Shown here one piece after another: positions 1-9,623 of a stretch of DNA of 64,000 nt. The notes under the pieces are model-generated. The model was not told the origin of the DNA. It saw only the letters and a program-made list of their open reading frames with translations, and searched no databases. Source of the DNA: Alphaproteobacteria bacterium (lineage in GTDB: Bacteria; Pseudomonadota; Alphaproteobacteria; MPNO01); contig OZ219866.1 of the NCBI GenBank assembly GCA_964291675.2, positions 1,728,001 through 1,792,000 on the forward strand. Direction: 5' to 3'. Position numbers and translations under genes: made by a program. Position 1 is the stretch's first letter. Every line of letters starts with the position of its first letter.

Positions 1-124
1 ACATCGCCGAGGCGATGAGCTACCGGCGCATCGCCCACGCTTCCGCGTGATCCCCGCCCCCCGCTTGGCTTTGCGGCGGTTTCGGCGCAATGTTACGCCA
101 AAGGGAACGCAGAAGGAGGGTGAG

Positions 125-661
125 ATGGCGACACGTGTGGTCTCTATGGAGGAGATGCTCGGGCGGACGGCGAAGTTCGACAAGCTCCGGCCCAGCAAGA
201 TGGCCTTCCTCGACACCAAGATCCCGGGCCACGAGCGCGACATCTACAACGTCATCGGCGGAGGCGTCACCGAAGATCCCTCGCTGACGCCGGCGATCAC
301 CGCGGTGCAGGATTTCAACGTCACCTATGTCGGGGCCGAGCCCGGCAAGGGCGCGGCGCTGCACTCGCACACCACGGTCGAGGTGTTCATCTCGATGTCG
401 GGGCGCTGGTCGGTGTTCTGGGGCGATGACGGCGAGAACGAGGTGATCCTGGAGCCCTGGGACGTGGTTTCGGTGCCGACGGAAGTCATGCGGGGCTTCC
501 GCAATGTCGGCGACGAGCACGGCTATCTGATGGCGATCCTCGGCGGCACCGACGCCGGCCGGGTGGCCTGGGCGCAGCGGGTGCTCGACGAGGCGGCGGC
601 AACCGGGCTCAGCCTGGACGCCGACGGTAACGTCCTCGAGGCGGCGGCGGCCGACGCCTAG
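125..661 (+). CDS. Cupin domain protein
   Basis: Cupin motifs GAALHSHTTVEVF and DVVSVPTEVMRGFRN. AAGGAGG SD upstream of ATG 125. Confidence 0.8.
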   Translation: MATRVVSMEEMLGRTAKFDKLRPSKMAFLDTKIPGHERDIYNVIGGGVTEDPSLTPAITAVQDFNVTYVGAEPGKGAALHSHTTVEVFISMSGRWSVFWGDDGENEVILEPWDVVSVPTEVMRGFRNVGDEHGYLMAILGGTDAGRVAWAQRVLDEAAATGLSLDADGNVLEAAAADA

Positions 662-704
662 GGCGGGGCTTCCCCCGGTCCGGCTCCGGCGCCGGAAGGG
701 CGGC

Positions 705-1865
705 TTGCGGCCCGGCCGCGCGGAGATCGTCGGCGGCGGGTTCGGCGGACTCGTCGCCGCGGCGGCGCTCGCCGATCGCGGCTGGTCGGTGCGGCTTCAC
801 GAACGCCGCGGCGCGATCGACGCCGAAGGCTACGGCATCGCCGTCCAGCCCAACATGATGATGATCTTCAGGTCGCTCGGGATCGCCGAGGCGGTGATCG
901 GGGGCGGCGCGCGGATCGACCGGCGCGACTCGCTCGACGGGGACGGCAATGTCGTGCTGACCCGCAAGACCGAGCGAAGCCCCTACCGCATCGACCGGCG
1001 CCACATCGTCCGCCTGCTCGCCCGCCGCGCCGCCGAGGCGGGGGCGGAGATCAGGCTCGACTCGCCGGTCACGGAGATCTCCCCCGACGGGGCCGTCACC
1101 GTCGACGGCGGCGTCCGGTTCGAGGCCGCACTCGTCGTGCTGGCCGACGGGGCGGGCTCGGCGCTGCGCGAGCCTCTCGGCCTGCTCAGGCACCGCATCT
1201 GGCAGCGCGACGGCGGGGTCCGGGTCACCATCCCCCGCAGGCAGGAGGAAATCGCCGAGGACGCGGTCTCGGGCACGGTGATGATCGAGGCCTGGGCGGA
1301 CAACCGCCGGGTGCTCTACTGCCCGGTCAATGACAGGGAGTACTATGTCCTGCTCGGCTCCCTGGTCGACGACGAGGCCGGCAAGGCGACGCCGATCGAC
1401 CCCGCAGCCTGGTCGCGGTCGTTTCCGGCGCTCGCCGCCTTTCTCGCCCGCGTCGCCGCCGAGGCGGACTGGCAGGAGGCGCGCTGGGCGCGGTTCCAGA
1501 CGGTCCGGCTCACAAGCTGGTGCAAGGGCCGGGTCGCCGTGCTGGGCGATGCCGCCCATGCCATGCCGCCCTATCTCGCCCAGGGCGCGGGGCACGCGAT
1601 GATGAACGCGCTCGGCCTCGCCGTCGCCCTCGACGAGGAGCCCGACCTCGCATCGGCGCTCCGCGCCTGGGAACGGCGCGAACGCCCGCTCACCGAGCAC
1701 ACCCAGCGCTGGACGCGGATCTACGGCAACACGATCTTCCTGCCGCGCACGCTGAAGCGGCTGTCGATCGCCGCCGAGCGGCGCATCCCCTGGATCGGCC
1801 GGCAATATCTGCGCGCCGCGCATGTCGTGCCGACCGGCTGCGCTCACGTGGCGGCGCCCGGGTAG
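705..1865 (+). CDS. FAD-dependent monooxygenase, 2-methyl-3-hydroxypyridine-5-carboxylate oxygenase (MHPCO)-like
   Basis: Class A flavoprotein motifs GGGFGG, ADG and GDAAHAMPPYLAQGAG. RAEIVGGGF..GWSVRLHE and RVLYCPVND resemble MHPCO as I recall it. TTG start. Confidence 0.75.
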   Translation: MRPGRAEIVGGGFGGLVAAAALADRGWSVRLHERRGAIDAEGYGIAVQPNMMMIFRSLGIAEAVIGGGARIDRRDSLDGDGNVVLTRKTERSPYRIDRRHIVRLLARRAAEAGAEIRLDSPVTEISPDGAVTVDGGVRFEAALVVLADGAGSALREPLGLLRHRIWQRDGGVRVTIPRRQEEIAEDAVSGTVMIEAWADNRRVLYCPVNDREYYVLLGSLVDDEAGKATPIDPAAWSRSFPALAAFLARVAAEADWQEARWARFQTVRLTSWCKGRVAVLGDAAHAMPPYLAQGAGHAMMNALGLAVALDEEPDLASALRAWERRERPLTEHTQRWTRIYGNTIFLPRTLKRLSIAAERRIPWIGRQYLRAAHVVPTGCAHVAAPG

Positions 1866-3523
1866 ACCTGCTTCCCCGCGAGGAAGGTGCGCACCGCCCG
1901 GGTCTCCCGGATCCCGTCCTCGGGACAGGTCAGCGGATCGCGGTCGAGCACGACGAAATCGGCATCCATGCCCGGTGCGATCGTGCCCCGCCGGTCCTCG
2001 TCCCAGGTCAGCCGATGGCCGGTCCTGGCGATCAGCTCCAGCGCCTCCTCGCGGGCCAGCATGCTCTCGCCGAGGCGCGCATCGAGGTCGGCGGCATAGC
2101 GGGTGAGCGCCGACCACATCGCCCAGAACATCGAGACCGGCACGTTGTCGGACGATAGCGCGACCGGGATGCCGGCATCGAGGACGCGCCGGATCGGCGT
2201 CCCCTCGGCGCCGAGCTCGGCGAGGCCGAGGCGGGTCGTCGCGTGATACATGAAATTGGGGGTGATCGTGACGATCGCGCCGAGCGCCCCGATCCGGCGG
2301 AGCTGGTCGTCGCTCGCCCGCGTCAGGTGCATGATCACCCAGCGCTTCTCGGCGATCGGGATTTTGGCGTTTACCGCCTCGTAGGCGCGCAGCAGCGCCT
2401 CGATGTCGTAGGCGATGCAGGCGAGCCGGATGCCGAGCTCGGCGGCCAGCGTGGCAATCTCCACCAGCCGGTCGAAGGCGACCGACTGGTAGAAATGCCC
2501 GGCCCATTGCTCGTAGGGGTAGAAGGCGGCGATGATGCGGGCCACCGCAGGGTCGCCGAAATCGAGACAGATGCCGTCGGTCGCGAGATTGCCGCGGCGC
2601 TCCCCCGGCGTTGCGATGCGCCCCGCCCATTCTCGCAAATAGTCGCCCACCGCGCGGTCGTCCAGCGCCGCGCTCGGCACGCTGAGGGTGGTCGCCAGCC
2701 GGACCGTGAGATCGCCCGCCTCGTCCGCCCGGCGGTAGCTCTCGACGATGGCCGGCGTCAGCCCGTGCCCCTCATAGCCCGCCGTGGTGCCGGCGGCGTT
2801 GTAGAGGCGGGGGGCGGTCCGCGCCGCGGCGAGGCGGTCCTCCCAGGTGAAGCGCGGCAGGGCGCCGAACAGCGTGTATTCCAGGATCGGCGCGCGGTTG
2901 GTCTCGCGCATCACCCCGGTGGGCTCGCCCGCCGCGTCGCGCTCGATCTCGGTTCCGTGGGGCGCCCTGGTGTCCCGGTCGATGCCGGCCAGGGCGAGCG
3001 CGGCCGAGTTGGCGACCGAGGGAAAGGGCGGCACGCCCCACCAGCCCCAGATGCCGCGGATCAGCACCGGGTGATCGGGCGCGGCGGCGTCGAGGTCGCG
3101 CCGGTCGGGGAAGCGGCCTTCGGCGAGCTGGTCCGGCCGGCTGACATAGCGCGGCATGCCGTGCTCCGGCGCGAGCTCCATCGGCATCGTCACGATCCAC
3201 TCGCCCACCGGCGTGCGCGCCGCCGCCTCGCGTACGGCCTCGACGATTTCCGCGACCGAGGCGAGCCCCCCGATGGCGATCCCGCCGCGGCGCTTGAGCC
3301 CCTCGCGGTCCATATGCGGGTGGGCATCGAACAGCCCGGGCATCGCCGTCCGGCCGGCGGCGTCGAGGATGCGGGTCTCCCGCCCGCGCCCGCGCAGCAG
3401 CCCGGCAGACTCGCCGACCGCGGCGATCCGGCCGCCGCGGACCGACAGCGCCTCGGCTTCGGCTCGCGCCGGATCGAGGGTGAGCACACGCGCGTTGTGC
3501 AGGATGAGGTCCGGTTCGGCCAT
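1844..3523 (-). CDS. Amidohydrolase family 3 (YtcJ-like) metal-dependent hydrolase
   Basis: N-terminal DLILHNARVLTLD, metal-binding PGLFDAHPH, LSSDN, C-terminal GTIAPGMDADFVVLDRD. Start trimmed to MAEPDL. Confidence 0.85.
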   Translation of the reverse strand: MAEPDLILHNARVLTLDPARAEAEALSVRGGRIAAVGESAGLLRGRGRETRILDAAGRTAMPGLFDAHPHMDREGLKRRGGIAIGGLASVAEIVEAVREAAARTPVGEWIVTMPMELAPEHGMPRYVSRPDQLAEGRFPDRRDLDAAAPDHPVLIRGIWGWWGVPPFPSVANSAALALAGIDRDTRAPHGTEIERDAAGEPTGVMRETNRAPILEYTLFGALPRFTWEDRLAAARTAPRLYNAAGTTAGYEGHGLTPAIVESYRRADEAGDLTVRLATTLSVPSAALDDRAVGDYLREWAGRIATPGERRGNLATDGICLDFGDPAVARIIAAFYPYEQWAGHFYQSVAFDRLVEIATLAAELGIRLACIAYDIEALLRAYEAVNAKIPIAEKRWVIMHLTRASDDQLRRIGALGAIVTITPNFMYHATTRLGLAELGAEGTPIRRVLDAGIPVALSSDNVPVSMFWAMWSALTRYAADLDARLGESMLAREEALELIARTGHRLTWDEDRRGTIAPGMDADFVVLDRDPLTCPEDGIRETRAVRTFLAGKQVYPGAAT

Positions 3524-3619
3524 CGCGGCGACGATGGCAGGATCGCCCGCCGCGTCAACGGGGTTGTGCGCGCCGGCCTCGAAAGGCCAGAATCGACTTG
3601 CCACAGGGAAGGACGGCCC

Positions 3620-4675
3620 ATGTTCCTGCGCAACGCCTGGTACGTCGCGGCGCTCGCGCGCGAACTCGGCGACGGGCTCGCCGCGCGGACCATCTGCAAG
3701 GAGCCGGTGGTGCTGTTCCGCGGCTCGGACGGGACGCCGGCGGCGCTCGCCGACCGCTGCTGCCACCGCTACCTGCCGCTGTCGCTCGGGGTCCATCTCG
3801 GCGACCGCATCCGCTGCGGCTATCACGGGCTCGAATTCGACGCTTCCGGGGCTTGCGTCGCGGTGCCCGGCCAGTCGACGATCCCGCCGGGCGCGGCGGT
3901 GCGCACCTATCCCGTGGTCGAGCGGCACGGCTTCGTCTGGCTCTGGCCGGGCGACCCGGCGCGCGCCGATCCGGCCACGATCCCCGGCTACCGCTGGAAC
4001 GACGACCCCGCCTGGGCGCCGCCGGGCGAGGACGCGATCGGCGGCGCGGCGGAGGTCGGCTGCCACTACATGCTGTCGATCGACAACCTGCTCGACCTGA
4101 CGCACGAGATCTATATCCATCGGTCCACGCTTGCCGCCGATACGATCGCCGAGAGCCCGATGAAGACCACGCGCACCGACTCTTCGGTCTCGATCGAGCG
4201 CTGGATGATCGACGCCGATCCCGGCGTGTTGTGGAGCAAGGCCATCTGGGGCGATGCGCCACCCGCGCCGAAGCGCGCCGACCGCTGGCAGATCGTCCAC
4301 TACTTCCCGCCCTCGCACACGCTGCTCGATGTCGGCGCCGCGCCGGCCGGCACCGGCGCCCCCGAAGGCGACCGTGCCCGGGCCGCCGAGGCGCGGATCG
4401 CGATCACCCTCACCCCGATCGACGAGATGCGCTCGGTCTATTACTGGATGTTCCCCAACAACTTCACCCGCGATCCGGCGATGGCGCGCTGGCTGCGCGA
4501 GGCGATCTCGGGCGCCTATGTCGAGGACTTCGCGGCGTTGGAGGCGCAGCAGAGGTCGATGAACCTGCGCCCCGACCCCTGGAAGGTCGACGTGAACGCC
4601 GACGCCGGTCAGCTCGCGGCGCGCAGGCTGCACGACCGGCTGATCGCCGCCGAGCGCGCGAGCCAGGCGGCCTGA
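3620..4675 (+). CDS. Rieske non-heme iron oxygenase, vanillate O-demethylase (VanA)-like
   Basis: MFLRNAWYVAA start, Rieske CCH...CGYHG, mononuclear Fe motif DNLLDLTHEIYIH, C-terminal EDFAALEAQQ. Confidence 0.85.
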   Translation: MFLRNAWYVAALARELGDGLAARTICKEPVVLFRGSDGTPAALADRCCHRYLPLSLGVHLGDRIRCGYHGLEFDASGACVAVPGQSTIPPGAAVRTYPVVERHGFVWLWPGDPARADPATIPGYRWNDDPAWAPPGEDAIGGAAEVGCHYMLSIDNLLDLTHEIYIHRSTLAADTIAESPMKTTRTDSSVSIERWMIDADPGVLWSKAIWGDAPPAPKRADRWQIVHYFPPSHTLLDVGAAPAGTGAPEGDRARAAEARIAITLTPIDEMRSVYYWMFPNNFTRDPAMARWLREAISGAYVEDFAALEAQQRSMNLRPDPWKVDVNADAGQLAARRLHDRLIAAERASQAA

Positions 4676-4677
4676 GC

Positions 4678-5151
4678 GTGGGCAAGCTCACCCTCACCGT
4701 CAACGGCGCGCGCCACGAGGTCGAGGCCGACCCCGCGACGCCGCTGGTCTACGTGCTGCGCAACCGGCTCGGACTGATGGGCGCCAAGCTCGGCTGCGCG
4801 CTCGAGCAATGCGGCGCCTGCGCGGTAATCGCCGACGGCAAAAAGGCGCTGAGCTGCGTACGCACGGTCTCCGAATTCTCCGGCAGCGAGATAGTCACGC
4901 TCGAAGGTCTCGCCGGGGACGGCGAACTCACCCCTGTGCAGCGCGCCTTCCTGGAGACCGGCGCCGCGCAGTGCGGCTATTGCACCGGCGGGCTGATCGT
5001 CGCGCTGACGGCGTATCTGGAGACCGCGCCCGAGCCCGACCGGCAGGGCGCGATCGCGGCGCTCGACGGCCATCTCTGCCGCTGCGGCGCGCATGCGGAC
5101 GTGCTGCGGGCGATCGGCCTTCTGCTCGCCGAGGCCGGCGATGGCGCCTAA
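4678..5151 (+). CDS. (2Fe-2S)-binding subunit of a molybdenum hydroxylase (NicA/IorA-like)
   Basis: GCALEQCGAC, QCGYC and LCRCG motifs. GTG start just after the upstream stop. Confidence 0.88.
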   Translation: MGKLTLTVNGARHEVEADPATPLVYVLRNRLGLMGAKLGCALEQCGACAVIADGKKALSCVRTVSEFSGSEIVTLEGLAGDGELTPVQRAFLETGAAQCGYCTGGLIVALTAYLETAPEPDRQGAIAALDGHLCRCGAHADVLRAIGLLLAEAGDGA

Positions 5152-7294
5152 CCCCAGCCTGGAGAACAACCCCTCGCTCGACGACTGGCTCGCCATCGGG
5201 CCGGGGGAGACTGTCGCGGTGCGCAGCGGCAAGGTCGATATCGGCCAGCGCATCTCGACCGCGGTGGCGCTGCTGGTGGCCGACGAGCTCGGCGTCGATC
5301 CCGCCCGGGTGGAGACGGTGCGGACCGAGACCGGGCTCTCGCCGGACGAGGGGATCACCTCGGGCAGCTACTCGATGACCCAGACCGGCGAGGCGGTGCG
5401 CCGGGCGGCGGCGACCGCGCGCCGCCATCTGCTGGAGCGCGCGGCGCGCCTGCTCGACGTCGACCCGGCCACGCTCGAAATCGACGACGGCACCATCCAG
5501 TCGCGCGCCACCAACCGGCAGACCAGCTACTGGGAGCTGGCCGAGGGCGAGAAGTTCGGCATCGACGTCGACCCGGACGCGCCGCTCAGGCCGCGCGCGG
5601 CGCTCGGCCATGTCGGCACCGCCGCGGTGGCGCGGGAGATGGAGGACATCGTCCGCGGCCGCGCCCATTTCCTCCAGGACATGAGCCGTCCCGGGATGCT
5701 GCATGCCCGCGTCGTGCGCCCGCCGCATTACCACGCGCGCTATCTCGGTATCGATCCCGCGATCCTCGATCGGCTCGCCGGGGAAGGCGTGCGGGTGGTG
5801 CGCGACGGCAGCTTCCTCGCGGTCGCCGCGGCGGACGAATTCCAGGCGGCGAAGGCGCCGGAACGCCTCGCCGCCGCGGTCGTCTGGGACGAGGGCGCGG
5901 GGCTCGCCACCGGAAACATCTACGAGAGCCTGAGGAGCAACGAGCGGGTCAGCCTCCCGGTCGTCGACGGCGCGCCGGTGCGCGCCCCGGTGCCGCCGCT
6001 GGGCGATCCGCCGCCCGGCGCCGCGGTCACCCTGGAAGCGCGCTACGAACGGCCCTACCAGATGCACGCCTCGCTCGGCCCCTCGGCGGCGCTGGCGGAG
6101 TTCGCCGAGGGCCGGCTTACCATCGTCTCCCACAGCCAGGGGATCTATTTCCTGCGCGCCGCGCTCGCCGAGGCGTTCGACATGGCGCCCGGGGCGATCC
6201 GCATCGTCCACGCCCCGGGGGCCGGCTGCTACGGCCATAACGGCGCCGACGACGCGGCGCTCGATGCCGCGATCGTCGCCCGCGCGCTGCCCGGCACGCC
6301 GGTGCTGCTCAAATGGACGCGCGAGGAAGAGCACGCCTGGGAGCCCTACGGTACCTGCATGTCGATGGATTTGCGGGCGAGCCTGGATTCGGACGGGAAG
6401 ATCGTCGCCTGGTCGCATGAGAGCTTCGGCGACACCTTCATGATGCGGCCGCGCTCGGGACCGGACAAGATCGGCGCCGCGCGCCTGCTGTCGACCCGTT
6501 TCCTGGACCCGCCGCTGGACCCGCCGGTGATGGGCCCGGCGATGGGGCCGCATATCGGCATCCACCGCAATCTCGACCCGCTCTACGACCTGCCCGGCAA
6601 GCGCCTGGTCAAGCACCTGGTGCGCGGCATGCCGCTCAGGGTCTCGGCGCTCAGGTCGCTGGGGGCCTATGCCAACGTCTTCGCCATCGAATCCTTCCTG
6701 GACGAGCTGGCGGCGGAGGCCGGCATCGACCCGGTGGAGCTCCGCCTCGGCCACCTCTCCGACCCGCGCGCCCGGGCGGTGATCGAGGCGGCGGCCGAAC
6801 GCCTGCACCCTTCCGGCGCGGACTGCCCGGAGGGGCGCGGGCGCGGGATCGCTTTCGCGCGCTACAAGAACATCGCCGCCTACGCCGCCGTCGTCATCGA
6901 GGTCTCGGTGACCGACGCGGCCGAGATCCGGCTGGAGCGCTGCGCCATCGCCGCCGATGCCGGGGAGATCGTCGACCGGGCCGGGCTCGCGGCCCAGCTC
7001 GAGGGCGGGGCGGTCCAGGCGGCGAGCTGGACCCTGCACGAGGCGGTGGCCTTCGACCGCGACGGAATCGCCAGCCGCGACTGGGAGACCTACCCCATAA
7101 TCGGCTTCGACAACGTGCCCGAGTTCGAGACCGTGCTGGTCGATCCGGGGCGCGAGCCCTTCCTCGGCGCCGGCGAGGCCACCGCCGGCCCCACCGCCGC
7201 GGCGATCGCCAACGCGGTCCATGCCGCGACCGGGCTCAGGCTGAGGCGGATCCCCTTCACCCCCGACGCGGTGCGCGCCGCCGCCCTGGCGTAG
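5141..7294 (+). CDS. Xanthine dehydrogenase-family molybdopterin-binding subunit (NicB/IorB-like)
   Basis: GKVDIGQ, GCYGHNGADD, LRSLGAYAN, GAGE..GPTAAAIANA. Overlaps the Fe-S subunit gene. Confidence 0.88.
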   Translation: MAPNPSLENNPSLDDWLAIGPGETVAVRSGKVDIGQRISTAVALLVADELGVDPARVETVRTETGLSPDEGITSGSYSMTQTGEAVRRAAATARRHLLERAARLLDVDPATLEIDDGTIQSRATNRQTSYWELAEGEKFGIDVDPDAPLRPRAALGHVGTAAVAREMEDIVRGRAHFLQDMSRPGMLHARVVRPPHYHARYLGIDPAILDRLAGEGVRVVRDGSFLAVAAADEFQAAKAPERLAAAVVWDEGAGLATGNIYESLRSNERVSLPVVDGAPVRAPVPPLGDPPPGAAVTLEARYERPYQMHASLGPSAALAEFAEGRLTIVSHSQGIYFLRAALAEAFDMAPGAIRIVHAPGAGCYGHNGADDAALDAAIVARALPGTPVLLKWTREEEHAWEPYGTCMSMDLRASLDSDGKIVAWSHESFGDTFMMRPRSGPDKIGAARLLSTRFLDPPLDPPVMGPAMGPHIGIHRNLDPLYDLPGKRLVKHLVRGMPLRVSALRSLGAYANVFAIESFLDELAAEAGIDPVELRLGHLSDPRARAVIEAAAERLHPSGADCPEGRGRGIAFARYKNIAAYAAVVIEVSVTDAAEIRLERCAIAADAGEIVDRAGLAAQLEGGAVQAASWTLHEAVAFDRDGIASRDWETYPIIGFDNVPEFETVLVDPGREPFLGAGEATAGPTAAAIANAVHAATGLRLRRIPFTPDAVRAAALA

Positions 7295-7322
7295 CCCGAA
7301 CTTCCTGCCACTGTCACGGCCT
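7291..7322. repeat. Degenerate single arm of the palindromic MITE-like element
   Basis: gtagcccgaacttcctgccactgtcacggcct matches the terminal arm ctagcccggaattctcacccctgtcacggcct at 25 of 32 positions without gaps. Confidence 0.5.
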
Positions 7323-7409
7323 TCCGATCCGCAAGGGTCTCGCGGGCGTAAGGCGGGCGCTTCCCGTTCCGCGAGTTATCCAGCATGCCCGGCGCTCTCC
7401 CGCGGTCCG

Positions 7410-7663
7410 CCCCCCGGCGGCCGACAGGGAAGCAAGGGTTTCGCCGGATGCGAACAGGCCGCGCGCCGCGGAGTCGCCGCGCCAGTAGTGGATGCTGCAC
7501 TCGCCCGCCTCGTCGGTCGTCACGGCATAGATGCCGACATTGCGTTCCCGATCCAGCCCGACCCGCGAGACGTCGGTACCCTCATCCTCCGCCGCGCTCA
7601 GGGAGGCCCGGGACAGGGGATCCCGGCCATCGCTTCGCCGATGGATAGCAGGCGCGGCTTCAC
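7410..7663 (-). pseudogene. kdgK: Remnant of 2-keto-3-deoxygluconate kinase (PfkB family)
   Basis: N-terminus VKPRLLSIGEAM joins out of frame to DPLSRASLSAAEDEGTDVSRVGLDRERNVGIYAVTTDEAGECSIHYWRGDSAARGLF. Both are KdgK-like segments. The intervening part and the C-terminal half are missing. Confidence 0.7.
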
Positions 7664-7708
7664 GGGGTCGGTGCGGCTGGAGACATGCCCGGTCTCAGGC
7701 CCCAGAAT

Positions 7709-7738
7709 TTGGCGTGAATCGGCGGAGGCGTGTATACT
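7709..7738 (+). promoter_or_regulatory. Putative sigma70 promoter of the small membrane protein gene
   Basis: TTGGCG-N18-TATACT about 40 nt upstream of ATG 7778. Confidence 0.45.
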
Positions 7739-7777
7739 TGGGGTTGCGGCGGGCACAGGGAAACCCGCCGCAGGAGC

Positions 7778-7978
7778 ATGACCGTGACCGACTTCGAATG
7801 GGCCGCCCTCGCAGTAGCCGTCGCCTTCCTGGGGTTCCTGTGGACCCTGCACCGGGACATGACCAGCGTGCGGGAACGGCTCACCCGACTCGAGGGCATG
7901 GTTGAGGTCCTGGCAAGGAATGTCGATACCCTGACCCGGTACACGCTCGATCGCGAGCGCCCGGCCGCTGGAGAGTAG
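7778..7978 (+). CDS. Small (66 aa) single-TM plus coiled-coil protein of unknown function
   Basis: AGGAG SD, hydrophobic WAALAVAVAFLGFLWTL, then heptad-like VRERLTRLEGMVEVLARNVDTL. Confidence 0.65.
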   Translation: MTVTDFEWAALAVAVAFLGFLWTLHRDMTSVRERLTRLEGMVEVLARNVDTLTRYTLDRERPAAGE

Positions 7979-8123
7979 TCGAGGCCGCCAGACCGAAGGA
8001 ACCGGGGAAGATCGGTCGGGCCGATGCACAAACCGTCATGTGGCGGGTCACGGAGCATCCGGCAGAGCGAGAACCGGGCGCCGACCGGGAAGGAAGTACC
8101 GCAGCGCTGGAAGCTGGAGCGGG

Positions 8124-9623
8124 CTAGGCACTCAGCCGCCGGCGGATCGCGATCACCAGCGGCCAGGCGAACAGGGCGATGGCGATCGCCATGATGGTGG
8201 CCGAGATCGGGCGGTCGAAGAAGATGCCGAACGAGCCGTGCGCCATGATCAGCGACTGGCGCACCGAGGCCTCGGCGAGCGGCCCGAGCACGATGGCGAG
8301 CACGGCCGGGGCGAGCGGGTAGTCGAGCTTGCGCATCAGGTAGCCCATGACGCCGAAGATCAGCATCAGCCACACGTCGTGCATGTCCTGGGTGGGCGCG
8401 TAGCCGCCGACCACGCAGAGGATGAAGATGACCGGCGCGAGGATGGTGAACGGCATCCTGAGCACCATCAGGAAGGCCGGGATGAAGGCGATGTTGATCA
8501 GCAGCGCGAAGAGATTGGCCGCATACAGGCTCGCGATCAGCCCCCAGACGAACTCCTTGTGCTCGATGAACAGCATGGGGCCCGGCTCCAGCCCCCAGAT
8601 CACCATGCCGCCGAGCAGGATCGCCGTGGTGGGCGAGCCCGGTATGCCCAAAGTGAGCATCGGCAGCATGGAGCCGGTGCTGGCCGCGTTGTTGGCGGAT
8701 TCCGGTGCGACCACGCCGTCGACATTGCCCTTGCCGTAGGTCTCCGGCTGCTTCGACATGGTGCGGGCGACGCCATAGGCCATCAGCGAGCCCGGCGTGG
8801 CGCCCGCGGCCGGCAGGATGCCGACGAAATAGCCGAGGAACGAGCCCATCAGCATCGAGCGGACGTTGTGGCGCAGATCGGCCAGCGCCCGGGCGACGCC
8901 GCGAATGCTGACCGCGGCGCGGCTCACCACCATCTCGCCCCTGGTGGTCTCGACGGTCCACAGGATCTCGCCGATGCCGTAGATGCCGATCGCCAGCACC
9001 AGGAAGTTGATGCCGTGATAGAAGCCCGGCAGGTCGAGAAAGATCAGCCGCGGGTCGCCGCTCACGATATCGAGCCCGACGGCCGAGAACATCAGCCCGA
9101 TGCAGATTGAGAACAGGGTTTTTGGGATGTCGTCGCCGCCGAGCCCGATGAAGGTGGCGAAGGCGAGGAGCAGCAGCGCGAACTCCTCCGGCGGGCCGAA
9201 GGCCAGCGCGAAATCGGCGAGCGGCGGGGCGAACAGGGTGAACAGCACCACCGAGATCGTGCCGCCGACGAAGGACGCGGTGGCGGCGGCGACCAGCGCC
9301 CGGTCCGCCTTGCCCTGGAGCGCCATCGGCCTTCCGTCGAAGGTCGTCGCCACCGCCGTCGAGGCGCCCGGGATGCCCAGCATGATCGAGCTGATCGCGC
9401 CGCCATACATCGCGCCGTAATACAGCGAGCCGAGAAAGATGATCGCCGATGTCGGCGGCACCAGGAAGGTCATCGGCAGCAGGATCGCCACGCCGTTGAC
9501 CGAGCCCAGCCCCGGCATGGCGCCGATGAACAGCCCGGCGATGCAGCCCGCGACGATCAACGCGAGGTTGACCGGTTCGAGCGCGACCGCGAAGCCTTCC
9601 AGCAGGAGGGCGAGGATCTCCAT
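8124..9623 (-). CDS. tctA: Tripartite tricarboxylate transporter large permease TctA
   Basis: GAMPGLG, YYGAMYGG, PESANNA, LTLGIPGS; multi-TM. Start trimmed to MEILALL. Confidence 0.92.
   Translation of the reverse strand: MEILALLLEGFAVALEPVNLALIVAGCIAGLFIGAMPGLGSVNGVAILLPMTFLVPPTSAIIFLGSLYYGAMYGGAISSIMLGIPGASTAVATTFDGRPMALQGKADRALVAAATASFVGGTISVVLFTLFAPPLADFALAFGPPEEFALLLLAFATFIGLGGDDIPKTLFSICIGLMFSAVGLDIVSGDPRLIFLDLPGFYHGINFLVLAIGIYGIGEILWTVETTRGEMVVSRAAVSIRGVARALADLRHNVRSMLMGSFLGYFVGILPAAGATPGSLMAYGVARTMSKQPETYGKGNVDGVVAPESANNAASTGSMLPMLTLGIPGSPTTAILLGGMVIWGLEPGPMLFIEHKEFVWGLIASLYAANLFALLINIAFIPAFLMVLRMPFTILAPVIFILCVVGGYAPTQDMHDVWLMLIFGVMGYLMRKLDYPLAPAVLAIVLGPLAEASVRQSLIMAHGSFGIFFDRPISATIMAIAIALFAWPLVIAIRRRLSA

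Noticed and set aside
7979-8123. Intergenic stretch with short repeated gaaccggg motifs, possible sRNA
   Set aside because: No convincing structure, promoter or terminator could be identified by eye.
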